Shown here one piece after another: positions 1-11,920 of a stretch of 64,000 nt of DNA. Numbering within the stretch: the stretch's first letter is position 1; every line of letters begins with the position of its first letter. Origin of the DNA: Anthoceros angustus (taxonomy: Eukaryota; Plantae; Anthocerotophyta); contig VJWM01000025.1 in NCBI GenBank assembly GCA_010909165.1, positions 868,001 to 932,000 of the forward strand, written 5' to 3'. The translations under genes were made by a program, and so were the position numbers. The notes under the pieces are model-generated. The model was not told the DNA's origin. It saw only the letters and a program-made list of their open reading frames with translations, and ran no database searches.

Positions 1-933
1 TTTAGAAATAAAGCTCCACATAGAGCCTCTGAGGTTCTAGAACTAGTACACACTGATCTGTGTGGACCTCTATCTCAAGAATCCATAGGAGGTGGTAGAT
101 ACTTCCTAACCTTCACTGATGATAAGACTAGGTTTGTCACCACCTACATATTGAAACAGAAAAGTGAGTGTTTCAGTCACTTCAGAAACTACATCAAGTA
201 TGCTGAAAGATGGACTGGAAAACAACTCAAAACATTACGATCAGACAACGGGGGAGAGTTTACCTCCAATGAATTCCAGACATACTGTACAGCTGAGGGA
301 ATTGGTCGCCAGCTGACAGTGGTTTACACACCTCAGCAAAATGGTGTTGCTGAGCGTCTTAACCTTATTCTGCAAGAAATGACATCTTCCTTATTACATC
401 AAGCCCAGCTTCCATTGCCATACTGGGCAGAAGCTATAATTACTGCAACTTACCTTAAAAACAGGTTGCCAACTACTTCTGTCGTAGGCCAGACACCTTT
501 TGAAGCCTTCACAAGGCGTAAGCCTTCTATTCTTCACTTGCGCACATTTGGATGTGTAGCATACGCTTTTATACCTAAAGAGAAAAGGAAAAAGCTGTCA
601 GACAAGGCCAGAAAGCTACTTATGCTAGGCTACACAGAAGGAATTAAAGCTTATAAACTCTATGATGTACCTAAGAACAAAGTCATTTATGCAAGAAGTG
701 TTACCTTTAATGAAGACCAAAATTGGGTATCAGTGGGAGCTGTTCACAATGAGGACGTTGATCCCACTGATGATGATGCTTCCTTTGATCAATCTGATCA
801 CAGTACTCAACTTGTTCCCATGGAGGACATTGCTCCTGCAGGTGGGGAAAATCCAGCAGCTGGTTTTGAGCTCCTTGATGTTGAGGACATATCAGGTGCA
901 GAACCTGCACGTTTCGATGCTGCACATCCTACT
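1..933 (+). CDS. Copia pol: integrase core and linker (5' half of the host pol ORF)
   Basis: Open frame 1-933 with rve integrase motifs and the GKGY-like LGYTEGIKAYKLYD. It stops exactly at the nested LTR junction (TGA at 934). Confidence 0.93.
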
Positions 934-1095
934 TGATAAGAAACGCGGAAGCGTGTTTGTAAAACACAAAACATTGATTGATTAAAATGAGAGTAAATCC
1001 TCTTTAAGTACAAAACTGAATGTGACTCTTGAGTTAAACTAAATAACCTATTGTTAAGTCCATATAAACTGTGTTAGGTTTTTCTATCCTTAACA
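934..1095 (-). repeat. 3' LTR of nested copia (162 bp)
   Basis: Direct repeat of 7454-7611, identical except for small indels near the TGATAAG end. Confidence 0.95.
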
Positions 1096-2081
1096 CTCCC
1101 ACTAAAAATAACACGATTTATACAACCTTGGCCGGGCGCATGTCCTGTGACTATCTATTTCGGCTACCGCATAACGGGGCGTACTCTTGCCCACGGCATG
1201 GACCTCCTGACTGCCATCTACTTATGCAGTGCTTGCATCCTGCTCTTCAGAGTAATCTCGCGCGCAAGCTCCAAGATGAAGACCCGCTCGAGTGCATCAT
1301 GCGGCGCAAGTCCCGCCGCGGCCCGGCTGTCGGCATGAAAAGAGCCAGCTAGCGGAAGGAGGAAAAGCAGGGGCTACTCTGACCTGTAAGTCGGCCCGAC
1401 TTAACACACATGGATGCTCGCCCATCAGCAGCGTCCTCATGTGCAAGCCCCGCCACCAGCCGCCATTGCCACAGTGAGTTCTTGAATCGGAGCCGGGGCG
1501 GTGACATCGACCCAGCCCCCAACACGGCCAGCGGACAGTGGGGCCGGTGAGCACTCGGCGTCGTCCTACTAAGGTGGTGGGAAAACTCCCACTACTTCGT
1601 GCTTGACCGGTGGCGCATGGCAACTCAAGCTAAGATGGAAGCACTTGAATGTCAAACGTCGAAGTCACCGCGACAGGCGCATGAGTGGGCGGTGAGCGAA
1701 TTTCTAGATGGTGGCGACCTTTGACAACCCGGAGGCCGGCAGGAAAGGCATGGCGATGCTCTGGCATCACAAGAAAGGCACATGTATGTGTGTGCTTATT
1801 TGTACCCGATGAAGGAGAACCTATCTGTTAAACCCCTGTCCTGACCATGTCTGCGATTTTGTGGCTACTTTGAAGCTTCATCCACCAGACATGTTGTTCC
1901 AGGGTCATTCCTAACTGCCCATCTGACTTATGTATGCAGGAGGGCTACGAGCCCAAGGCTGTCTCTCGTTCCAGCGGTGGCACAGGCCACTAAGGTGAAG
2001 GCCCCCTTGTGTGAACAGCAGAGATTTCTTAGCCTTATCCTTAGCCTTTAGACCTGCATAGAGTAGTCAGATAGCAATTTT

Positions 2082-5000
2082 TCATGGATAGCTGAACTGC
2101 TTCAGGCCTAGGGCAGACATATGTTGGAAGTGCTTGGTCTTAGGAAGGCCTTTTGTGAAAATGTCTGCTCTGTTGAGGTGAGTACTTATGTACAGAACTT
2201 TAATAGCTCCTCGCTCTGCAACATCCCTTATGTAATGATGATAGAGCTCGATGTGTTTGGTACGAGCGTGAAAGCGTGGGTTGGAGACAAGAGCTATAGC
2301 GCTCATATTGTCACAGTGTAGCAAAGTCGGTCCTTTCTGTGCTTGACGATCGACTCGTAAATTGCACGCCACTCAACCTCTTTGCGGCCCAGGCGCTTTA
2401 TACTCGGCCGAGAGGAGAGGGCAAGAGAAGTCTGTTTCTTACAACTCCAGCTAACTGTACCAGAGGCCAACAAGAAGCAATAAGCTGACAGGCTCTTCCT
2501 AGTATCAGCGTCGGATGCCCAGTCGGCGTCGGCAAAGGAGATAAGTTCGAGACTCTTGCTCCCACTGCTTGTGTACTGCAGGCCATAGGATCTTTGTACC
2601 CTTAAAATCGATATATTCGTTTACACCGACCAATCAGTCACTGGTGACTTTAGGAACTGGAGACCACAGACATAGCTAATATCCGGTCCGTCCAATAAGT
2701 AAATGAGATGCCAATCGCCTCAGATATGGTACATCCTGCATGCTCTCAAGCTCCACAGGCGCATCGAGACATAGCAGATGTCAACTTTTCCCCATCGCAG
2801 AGGGAGGGCTACAGTTTTGCAATCGCCAAGGTGAAAACGCTTCAAGATTTCCTTTAAGTACTTGGTTTGATGAAGTGTAATCGACCATGAGCCTGCCACG
2901 CAGGATTTGAATACCAAGCGTAAATCGCCTCGGTCATATTTCAAACTCTGGCGAAGCATATCCTTAACCTTCTCGAGTTGCTCAGTGCTGTTGCTCAAAA
3001 GCACGCAATCATCGACATAGAGGGCAAGGATAACAAAGAGGGAGCCTGCGGCAAGATAGAACACATTCGAGTCCGCAGGAGACTGAAGAAAGCCGAGCTC
3101 GCGTAAGTATTTCATGATAGGCTTATACCAAGCTCTAGGTGACTGCTTAAGGCCATAAATTGTTTTTAACAGCTTGCAAACTTTCTTGGCAGTCTTAGGG
3201 CTGATGTAGCCTTGCGGTTGTTCCATATACAGAGTCTCCTCCAGTTCGCCATGTAAGAACGCAGTGCAGACGTCCATCTGTTGGACTTCTAAGTCATACT
3301 CAGCAGCCATAGCCAAAAGAATTCGAATGGACGGAGGCTTCACAACAGGTGAGAAGGTATCTCCATAATCAATGCCAGAATCGATCAATCCTCGAGCAAC
3401 CAACCCGGATTTGTATCTAGCAATAGTTCCATCAGCTTTTAGTTTAGTCTTGAAGACCCATTTGCAGCTGATCGGCTTTCTGCCTGCAGGTAGATCAACC
3501 AACTCCCAGGTGTTGTTCTTGATAAAAGAAGAGTATTCTTCATCAATGGACTTCCGCCAGTGAACTCCATCAGGGCCATGGACAGCTTCTTCATAGGACT
3601 GAGGGTCGGGGCGAACATCAGGTACTGAAAAATCTGCAATGTGGACATGAGAACCTCGCCTAAAATCGATAGATCGGTAGGGTGGTTCCAGCCTCCTCAC
3701 GAGAGCGTCGTCAGCAGGATAACGAGGTTCTTCCACAACAGCAAGATCGCCTCCCACCGCTTGGAAACTGGGAGATCCGATTGAAAGATCGACTGCTCTG
3801 CGGGTCTGAAGAGATCCTGTGGATTACGAATAAGCATCCGATCGATCAAAGAACCCTTGATCGACATATGGGTCCACACCAAGTGCATCATCATCGGCAT
3901 CCCGGTAAGGCAAATCGTAAGACATCTTCACCATCCGAGTCGATAAAGTACCGTTGTGGAATAACCGCCGCATCTTGGTGGAATCGGCAGTGAACTAACT
4001 CGAATCGTGAGTAATATCCAAACTGTGCTATCATCCTCATCGTACTTGTGTATCACCCATGTGAGGGATGTATATCTGCACCAAAGAATGTTTTGTATTT
4101 CCCCTTGGTGCAGTGAGTTCATCGAATGTGACATCATGAGCCAATACCACCTTCGGCTGTGTTGCAGGCTCATATAGCTTATAAGCCTTGGACACCTCAG
4201 AATAGCCAAGGAAAAGTAAGGGCCTGGCCTTGTCATCTAACTTTCTCCGCTTCTGTTTAGGGATAAAGGCATAAGCTGTGGAGCCAAAAACACGCAAGTG
4301 CAGCAGTGGGCTTTTCTTCCGTAACGCTTCATAGGGGTTTTACCAGAATCGATGTTGTCGGGACTCTATTCGTAATGTAGGCTGCAGCAAGAGCCTCGCC
4401 CAATAATGCTTGGGCGACTTGCCCAAGAGAGCATCTGGGTCATTCACGGTTTCTTCGTTCGACAACACCATTCTCGCCGAGTATATAAGGATGGCGGTTG
4501 TCGAATAATGCCATGAGCAAGACAAAGAAGTCACTGGTGGCCAACGAACTCCCCACCGCTGTTTCGGTGCGAAAGCACTTCACCGATTACTGCTTGTCTC
4601 GGACCATGGGGATCCGGTCTCAATACACTCAAAAGCATCGTTTTTGTGACGAAGAGGAAACACCTGTGTAGCGGAGTGATCATCCGTCAAGGTGAGGTAA
4701 TACTCGCTCCACCCGGTGATTTAACTCGCAACTTGCCAAAGAATGTTCTGCATGTATGAGCTCCAACACCGCTTGGGCTCTATGTGCTCGCTTGTTCTTA
4801 AACTAAGCTCCTTTTGTTTGGAAAGCACGCAGGGGCAGCAAGCGAAGTTGCTTGAAGCAAGGAGGCGCTCTCTATAGCGCCTAAAGAAGACATAAGATTC
4901 AACTTCTCCCTATTTATGTGCCCAAGCTGGCATGCCAAAGACTAGCCGGAAGATGAAGAGGTAAGATAAGCTCGGACTTCTTGTCATGCTTAATTGATAT

Positions 5001-6440
5001 GACTCATCTATCGATGCCCTTTGCAACACACTTTCCTCGGTTTGGACAGGTCATACAGATGAGCCTTCCCCGTCGAATGAGAAACCGTATTACACCGAGT
5101 GGCATTTCAACAACAGATTCTTTGACATAGCGAACATAAAGTACATCCTCAAGCAACACAACCGAGCCATCCGGCTGTGGTAAGTGTGATGTACCCATTC
5201 CATGTACATCTATGCCTCGTGCATCCCCACGTAAACTAAGCTGGGCTGGGACATCTAGTGTGAATGCAGAAAACAAGTCTCTGTTACAGGTATACGAGAG
5301 GTAGCGCAATCTATAAACCAAAGATCCAGAATGTAAGACGAAGAAACACAAAGCGATCGTGAGAACAATGAGCTGCTTTGTGCGAAGGAGAGCCCTTGTC
5401 CTTGGCTGCAACATGAGCTTCAGAACGAGCTTCCTTCTTTTGTTCTCCGCCTTCTTTTTGCGGCAGTCCCTCTCCCAATGGCCAGCAATCTGACACCAAT
5501 TGCAAGTACCCTGCCGTTTGATGGAGGGAGAAGAAGTCGAACTACCAGAGCCGCTGGACTGCTGGTGAGTCTTTTTCTCTTTCCCCCTTCCCTTCACAAA
5601 CGGCCGGCCTTTGAAAAGAACTCTGCGCTCGGCTCGAGAGCCCGACTGCTTTATGTCTACCGCCTTCCTTGCGTAAGGGCCCCAACAATGATTGAGGTTC
5701 AGATTGTAAGGCTGATTAGCAGCAGCAGATAAGGCCGCCGTGAGAGCCGTGATTCGCCGAGATGAAAGTTTGGTAGGATGAGGGCAAGGCGTGAGCGGGC
5801 AACCATTTCGACCTCCGTAATCTTGGCTCCAAGCGCAGCCAGGCGCCGTGGCGACCTCAACTTGGTAACTCGTCCCACGGGATCTCCTTCCCTAATCCGG
5901 TATGAGTGAAATTCATCACAAGAAAGTCATCAGGGTACAAACATTCTGTACCTTGTATGTGTCCTTGAGCTGATTCCAAACCTCTTGAGCTGTGGGCAGG
6001 AACTCAACCTCAGTGACCGTTGTTGCATCCAAGCCAGACAGCGGAATGGCAAAGGCGATTTTGTTGCCTTTGTCCCATTTCGCTTTCTCATCAGCGGTTG
6101 GTTGCTGTGCAGCTGTAGACGGAACAAGATGTGGGTTGGCCATACTGCCGTCAACGTATTCCCACACATCCCGTGCATTCAGGTTCGCTTGCATCCTTGC
6201 TCTCCAGCTTTCGTAGTTGACCGGTTTGCCATCAAACCGGTCTTTTTCCTTAAACTCACCGGTAAGACCCAAAGAAGTGCGTGAGCCATCCGGATAGGGG
6301 TACAAGTTAACAAGGAAAGTTGGAAGGGTGAACACAGAAACCGGCGTAGGATTGTAGGAAGACACGCTCGTGTCAAAGTCCTCGCCAAGGTCGCCGTAAT
6401 CGTTAAAGCGACCATCTGAGACCAAGAGACATGAAGACAC
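2082..6440 (-). pseudogene. Frameshifted gag-pol of nested copia
   Basis: Domain fragments in shifting frames: FDGKPVNYESWRARM (gag), RVFGSTAYAFIPK (integrase C-term), CKWVFKTK..LYVDD (RT), HARTKHIE..ADIFTK (RNase H). Confidence 0.9.
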
Positions 6441-7453
6441 ACAAAACGACGTCTAGCAACGGGTACGTACCGCTTCAGCTAAGTTATGCCTAGGTTAGAT
6501 ACCAAAGAACATGAACTAACACGAAACGTGGCCTCGTGACCCTAAAACTTGACGGTGGCAAAATACTTCAACCGACCATGCGTATATCGACGGTTGAAGC
6601 CAGCGTCATTGGGAATCGCACGCAGTGCCCTCCAACGCAACACCACAACCTGATCGCCGCCCGATGCCCGCCGCCCGCGATGGGGCGGTTGAGACGCCGA
6701 ATCACGTGCGCCTAGAGGAGCATACAGAGCGTATGCGTAATCCACCGAATATTGCGGGCCGTATTCAACGCCGCCTTGGTGAGCCGCGAGGCGGATGAGC
6801 GCACCTCGACGCCGCAAGACAATCTTGTGCACCCACAACGTGATTATCTCAGACGCTGAATGGATTGCGTGATTGCCGGAACGCCCAAGTGTTGTGACAA
6901 CCAATTCAATTCAAAGAATTGCCTCTCGAATCGAAAATCGCCGCAATGTTCGCACGTAAGCTGGAAATTAGTCGCCTTGTTGTATCTGAACCTTCTAACA
7001 CTGAAGTATCTTGCTGATGTGCAGCCGTACTCCTCCCTTCTTCAGACCTGCGCTGAGATCTAATTGGATACGAGTTATGTTGTGACTCAAAGATCAGGTC
7101 AGCCAGCCGCTGTGACCGAGTAGCAGATGGATATCTAGATTCCACTTGAAAACTATTCGGATGCACACTAGGTGACTGATACCTGACTCTATGATTGCGA
7201 TATGCCCAACGGCTGGCGAGGCGATTAGGATTTCTGCGAGTCATATCGATGTCGTCTAGTGTCTAGAAATTGCATGATTTATTAGAAAACAAAGCTAGTT
7301 CCAGAATCATTTAACCTAGTGCCAAGCTTGTGGCCTACAATCCATCTTGCACACGACGTAGCCTACTCTACGATAGAGTGAGCTATATTATGTGCAAGGT
7401 GCGATTGAGAGACTCGGCATGACAAAGACTAGATTGTTTTCGCCTCGATACCA

Positions 7454-7611
7454 TGATAAGAACGAAGCGTGTTTGTAAAACACAAAACATTGATTGATTA
7501 AAATGAGAGTAAATCCTCTTTAAGTACAAAACTGAATGTGACTCTTGAGTTAAACTAAATAACCTATTGTTAAGTCCATATAAACTGTGTTAGGTTTTTC
7601 TATCCTTAACA
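7454..7611 (-). repeat. 5' LTR of nested copia (158 bp)
   Basis: Direct repeat of 934-1095, abutting the PBS and the TSD. Confidence 0.95.
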
Positions 7612-7616
7612 CTACT

Positions 7617-9467
7617 GAGCAGCTGGATTTACAGGAGCAATATCCTCCTGAACCAGTTGTACAAGACAATGTTAATCCAGTTGATCCTGTTGAGCAAGCT
7701 GATCATGAGCATGTACCTGACCTTCAGCAAGATCATCCAGTCTTACCTGCAGAACCAGTCCGGCGGTATCCAACTCGTCATAGGCAGCCTCCAGACTTTT
7801 ACCAAGCTCCAGACTTCAGGAATCCTTCTTCTCATGTGGCAGTTCATGCTGATAATTTTTCACTTGATCCCATTGAACCTCAGTCCTATGAGGAGGCACT
7901 TAGTCGACCTGATCATAAAGAATGGGAGAAGGCTATTCAATCAGAATATAACTCACTGATGGAAAATGGAACATGGGAGCTTACAGACTTACCTCCAGGC
8001 AGAAAGATGGTGACTTGTAAGTGGGTCTTCAAGTTGAAAGTAAAAGCAGATGGTACCTTTGATAGGTACAAAGCCCGTTTGGTAGCAAGGGGCTTTACCC
8101 AAATTCCTGGATTGGATTATCTCGAAACTTTTTCTCCAGTGGTCAAGCTTTCAACTCTCAGAATCATTCTGGCCATATCAACACACTTTGATTATGAGCT
8201 GCAGATGTATGATGTGAAAACAGCTTTTCTGTATGGAAAGTTAGACGTTGAAATCTACATGCAGCAGCCACCAGGATATGTGGTTAAAGGAAAGGAGCAT
8301 CAAGCATGCAGACTAATCAAATGCTTATACGGCTTGAAACAGTCAGCCATGAAGTGGAATGCAGCCCTAGAAACAGAATTGCTAGAGCTAGGTTTCACAA
8401 AGAGCCAAGCAGATAGTAGTTTATACATTTACCTCAAAGGGAATGTCATATGTTACTTGGCAGTCTACGTGGATGACCTGATTTTGTCAAGCAATAGTCA
8501 GGTCTTCATTACACGTATAACAGATGTGTTAGCAACCAAATTCAGAATGAATTGCCTAGGACCTTTACAGAGCTGTCTAGGAATTCATGTACAGAGAAAC
8601 AGGCAAACTCGAGTCATGACATTAACGCAACCTCGTTACCTCTTAGACTGTGCTGAGCAGTTGGGCCTTAAGGATGCAAAACCTGTTTCAACACCCATGC
8701 CGTTTGGTCAGAAACTCAGCAAGCTGATGTCACCTTCAACTCAAGAAGACAAGGAGCAAATGAAAGGAATACCTTACAGGCAGGGAGTAGGCAAGCTGAT
8801 ATATGCAAGTAATACCACAAGACTGGAAGTTGCATATACTACCAGCGTGCTTTCTCAGTTCTTGGAAAATCCCGGAAAAGAACATTGGACAAACTTGAAA
8901 CGAGCCTTCCGTTACCTGAAAGGCACAGCAAAGATTGGCATAGCCTATAAGTATCAAGAAAGAAAGCCACTTGACCTTGAAGTGTTTACGGACTCAGACT
9001 ATGCAGGAGACATAGATAGTAGGAAATCAGTTTCAGGCTATGTTATTTCAGTTGCTGGAGGGCCTGTGTGCTGGTCTAGCAAGAAGCAACCAACAGTTGC
9101 TCTTTCTTCAACTGAGGCCGAATACAGGGTCCTGACAGCAGCAGCCAAAGAAATAGTGTGGTGTAAGCTCTTGTTCAAGGAACTAGGCATACAGATACCA
9201 ACTTGCACAACTATCCATACTGACAATCAGGGTTCAATGGCATTAGCAAGAAATCCAGTATTCCATGCACGTACAAAGCATGTGGAGGTGGAATACCACT
9301 ACATAAGAGGACTTGTGACTGAAGGGAAAGTGGAGCTGCAGTATGTTCCGACACAGGATAACCCAGCAGATATACTTACCAAAGCTTTGAGCAAAGAAGC
9401 TCATTATAAGCACATGCAGCGTTTAGGGATGGGAGAGGCAGAAGCTCTCCTGTCCAACCTAAAATAA
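7617..9467 (+). CDS. Copia pol: reverse transcriptase-RNase H (3' half of host pol)
   Basis: Uninterrupted frame. Removing 934-7616 rejoins ...AAHPT|EQLDLQ... in frame with 1-933. Confidence 0.95.
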   Translation, partial: EQLDLQEQYPPEPVVQDNVNPVDPVEQADHEHVPDLQQDHPVLPAEPVRRYPTRHRQPPDFYQAPDFRNPSSHVAVHADNFSLDPIEPQSYEEALSRPDHKEWEKAIQSEYNSLMENGTWELTDLPPGRKMVTCKWVFKLKVKADGTFDRYKARLVARGFTQIPGLDYLETFSPVVKLSTLRIILAISTHFDYELQMYDVKTAFLYGKLDVEIYMQQPPGYVVKGKEHQACRLIKCLYGLKQSAMKWNAALETELLELGFTKSQADSSLYIYLKGNVICYLAVYVDDLILSSNSQVFITRITDVLATKFRMNCLGPLQSCLGIHVQRNRQTRVMTLTQPRYLLDCAEQLGLKDAKPVSTPMPFGQKLSKLMSPSTQEDKEQMKGIPYRQGVGKLIYASNTTRLEVAYTTSVLSQFLENPGKEHWTNLKRAFRYLKGTAKIGIAYKYQERKPLDLEVFTDSDYAGDIDSRKSVSGYVISVAGGPVCWSSKKQPTVALSSTEAEYRVLTAAAKEIVWCKLLFKELGIQIPTCTTIHTDNQGSMALARNPVFHARTKHVEVEYHYIRGLVTEGKVELQYVPTQDNPADILTKALSKEAHYKHMQRLGMGEAEALLSNLK

Positions 9468-9891
9468 CACCGAGTTCCTCTAAAAGCCCGAAGAGTTAGA
9501 GCTATCTGAAATCTCCTCTATCTCAACTCCTGACTGCAAGGTTTCGTAGATGGACTCATCTTCAGAATCAGAACTTGAGCAGATGACGGGCGACAGACGG
9601 TCTTGATTAGACTTCACAGCTTTCCCTTTACTTTCCAGCCCTCTTTCTTCTCTTAACTTCTTAGTAGACTCTGCACAACAAGTGGGAGATATCAGACAAT
9701 ATCAAGAACAACAAGAAATAGCACAAGTGAGAACAAGAAAGAAAGATCAGAAGGACTTATCATATTACACCGACGACGTGCCTGTGGAAGCAACTGCAAC
9801 GAAGAACTCACCGCTCATTATCACCGTCCGCACTAACTGCACTGCACTGCAGAGAACAAGGAATAGCGCTGCGCTGTGTCACAAGCCCGGG

Positions 9892-10740
9892 TTACTTCAT
9901 CGAATGGAGGGCCTTGGCACTTAGGATACGGCTCTTGAAGCCGGTGTCGTAGTAGGAGACGTCCAAATTCAGAACCCTGATGTGGGGCGTGACCTCTCCT
10001 TCTCCCGCTGGTTCTTCATGCCCTGGTGAGCGCTGCAGATGTTTTGAAGGGCGCGGCATGTTGGCTTTAGCTCGCAGTCCTTCAAGCTTGCGTCGCTCCA
10101 GAAAGCTTTTGGTAGTGCCCTGCGGCCGCCCAACTCCTCTCTTCTTCACCCCAACAGGACTAGCTTCTGGTCTTGAGTCTTTGGTAGTTGTCCTTGGCGC
10201 AAAGCGCCCTAGAGAGTCACGATAGCGGCGCACCTTGGAAGAGCGTTCAGGTGACGAGGAATACATGTGGGCGGACCTCTCCTTCTCCGCCGGTTCTTCA
10301 TGCCCCGTGAGCGTATGTTTTGAAGGGCGCATGTTGGCTTTAGCTCAGCCCCTTCAAGCTTGCGCCTCCGTAAAGCTTTTGGTAGTGCCCTGCGGCCGCC
10401 CAACTCCTCTCTTCTTCACCCCAACAGACTAGCTTCGGTCTTGAGTCTTGAAGTTGTCCTGGCGCAGCGCCCTAGAGAGTCACGATAGCGGCGCACCTTG
10501 GAAGAGCGTTCAGGTGACGAGGAATACATGGCGGTGGCGCAGGTGTCCGTAAGGCGGTTATTCGGCCGAAGATCACAGCATCCTTGATGCAAGAAACAAG
10601 GCTGCTATAAGCGCGGCAAACTGGAGCTCCACTGCCATCATGCTGAGGTAAGTACGCTTCACGATCTCCATGTGGCGGCACAGTCCAGAGAGGCCGCAGC
10701 TGGAACGTAATCGAGTGTCTTGCGCCCTAGCTTACTCACG
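9892..10740 (-). CDS. Putative antisense extra ORF in host copia 3' region, with duplicated basic motifs (frameshifted)
   Basis: ORF 9892-10332 (146 aa) has RRYRDSLGRF and KKRGVGRPQG. The ~280-bp unit is tandemly duplicated (9991-10267, 10274-10530). Confidence 0.45.
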
Positions 10741-10760
10741 AGGTGTGAACGTGGAAGGGG

Positions 10761-10972
10761 TATTAAACGGAATATTCCCTACGTAATTACCAGCAAGTGG
10801 GAGTAATGGAATAAGTGCTGGAAATTACCTAAGGCACGTTTGGTTAAATAGGGTTAAAACCTATGCACCCATTCGTTAGGGTTACAACGTTTCATAGGCA
10901 ACGTTTCAGTTAGTTCAAAAACGTTTTAGTTCTTGTTATTTAGAAGATGAACTTATGAATATATACTTTTCA
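10761..10972 (+). repeat. Probable 3' LTR of host copia
   Basis: Follows a purine tract, is AT-rich and ends in CA. It starts TA rather than TG, and the partner LTR is outside the window, so it is unverified. Confidence 0.5.
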
Positions 10973-11741
10973 AGAATGTAATTCTTTATTAGTTTCTACA
11001 TACATTTTCAATATATTTGAAAGTTCGCGCCCGCGAGAAACCCCGGGCCTCCTTGAAGCTCGGTTCTTTGTTAGCTCTACATCCTCGCTGTTCCCTACAG
11101 ACATAGACATCTTCCGCGATTCTTTAACCTTCCGCCAGGTGCCCTTCAATCTCTCGGGGGTTGATCCGAGTAAATTGGCAGCCACATCCAGGTTCTTGTC
11201 AAGCGCAACCAACTTTGGGTCCGCACGCCATTCCCTCCACAGCCATACAGAAGATCTCCGCAACCATTGCCACCGTAGCCAGCCGTCGAGTGTCCTTGTT
11301 CGCCTCTGCACGCAACTTGATCTTCTGCGATTTTGGCATCTGGACCCATGGTTGGTTGTGATTAACAAGAGCAATGGAAAGAACGGCATGCCCATACTTG
11401 AGGCTTGAAATGGCTCACAACGCCAAGATCTCGCTATAAAACTTGCATCCTTACCTAAGTCCCAAAGTCTCCAAAAGAGGGTCGATGTGGCTTCAATCCT
11501 CGCCCCGCCATTTGCGCGCGCACTCAGAACCCGCAGAATCGTAGCTGGCCCGTTATCTCTACCAACGTGGTACCGACATTAATCGAGTAGACCCGCCTGA
11601 CGCTTGCGGCCGTTTAGGGTTTTTGGGGTTTTTGGCAGAACGTGGTCGCACAGTGAGTTCGCTGCATACCATCCCTACATCCACCGCTTTCTTGCCATTT
11701 GAATTCCATTTGCTTGTATTTATACTGTATGTAGTGTTATA

Positions 11742-11920
11742 TTGTCCTTGAGCCATGGGAAAAGGGCACAGCCCCGTGACCACTGCTCAATCAAGGCCAA
11801 GGAACCCTAATTGTTTTTTTGTCCTCGGGCCATGGGAAAAGGGCATCAGTCGCGGCCTCGCCGTTTTCAACGCTTGTGGCCCAGGAACCCTATCAGTGCT
11901 TGTCCTCAGGCCTTGGTAAT
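11742..11920. repeat. Diverged ~78-bp tandem repeat (about 2.3 units)
   Basis: TTGTCCT(T/C)(G/A)(A/G)GCC(A/T)TGG at 11742, 11819 and 11900; first two units each contain AGGAACCCTA. Confidence 0.75.

Larger units (their letters stand above)
934..7611 (-). mobile_element. Nested full-length Ty1/copia element, antisense to host, internally frameshifted
   Basis: LTRs 934-1095 and 7454-7611 (TG...CA). 5-bp TSD CTACT at 929-933 and 7612-7616. PBS TGGTATCGAGGCG (tRNA-iMet-like) at 7441-7453 (-). PPT AGTGGGAG at 1096-1103 (-). Order on the minus strand: gag (5916-6440), CCHC knuckle CNWCQIAGHWERDC, integrase (~4000-4800), RT (2720-3757, LYVDDCVL), RNase H (2082-2372). Confidence 0.96.
1..10972 (+). 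mobile_element. Host Ty1/copia LTR retrotransposon (5' part outside window), interrupted by a nested element
   Basis: Integrase (LVHTDLCGP, LRSDNGGEF, PQQNGVAER) open from base 1 to 933. RT (YKARLVARG, DVKTAFL, YVDDL) and RNase H (DSDYAGD, STEAEY, DNQGS, ADILTK) in 7617-9467. Purine tract GTGGAAGGGG 10751-10760 precedes a probable 3' LTR 10761-10972 ending TTTTCA. Confidence 0.92.

Noticed and set aside
7587-7616. ORF-track N-terminus MLGFSILNTT of the 626-aa ORF (and ORF 1071-1352)
   Set aside because: Derived from the nested LTR and TSD; not a real start.
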